From Octopus sinensis (lineage: Eukaryota), in assembly GCF_006345805.1 (NCBI RefSeq), contig NC_043007.1:50964001-51028000 (forward strand): a stretch of DNA of 64,000 nt, read 5' to 3'. The translations under genes and the position numbers were made by a program. The notes beneath the pieces were generated by a model. That model did no database searches and was not told the origin of the DNA. It saw nothing but the letters and a program-made list of their open reading frames with translations. Positions 63,803-64,000 of the stretch are shown here, one piece after another. Each line of letters opens with the position of its first letter. Within the stretch, counting starts at the first letter, position 1.

Positions 63803-64000
63803 CCAGAGAATTGAAATACCAAATAAGCAAACAAAGAAAGCAGTTGAAAGAGTAGAGTGGTATAAGTATTTGGGAATAATGGAGGTAGATGAAATATACC
63901 ACGAAGAGATGAAGCAAATTACAAGTAGGTACTACACAAGGAGAATGAGGACAATGTTACAGTCAAGGTTGAATTCAGGAAATACCATTGAAGCAATTAA
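63803..64000 (+). mobile_element. R4/Dong-clade LINE RT C-terminal region, 5'-truncated, running off the window
   Basis: Open frame ...WYKYLGIMEVDEIYHEEMKQITSRYYTRRMRTMLQSRLNSGNTIEAIN starting right after (GAA)n 63702-63802. Confidence 0.8.

Overview
AT-rich eukaryotic DNA saturated with microsatellites. The tRNA-derived SINE families and repeat content suggest an octopus (cephalopod) genome; this is an inference from repeat types. No host protein-coding gene can be called confidently, so the window looks intronic or intergenic, and almost every ORF in the supplied track is a microsatellite translation artefact. The recognisable content is mobile-element derived: several tRNA-SINE families, a full-length but frameshifted mariner, a maT-like remnant, MITEs, R4/Dong-type RLE LINE ends, and Penelope-like (PLE) RT/GIY-YIG remnants. 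There is also a dense set of PLE/retrozyme-type inverted repeats carrying hammerhead ribozyme (HHR) motifs. Two things stand out. (1) A 2.2-kb ORF1-only retroelement (417-codon CCHC-knuckle ORF, no RT) sits inside the tRNA head of a SINE with an exact 15-bp target-site duplication. (2) A tandem-plus-inverted, ORF-less 473-bp unit (44.07-44.98 kb) carries a hammerhead with an intact catalytic core and an unusually long (64-nt) stem II. All structures were read by eye; no folding or database searches were run.
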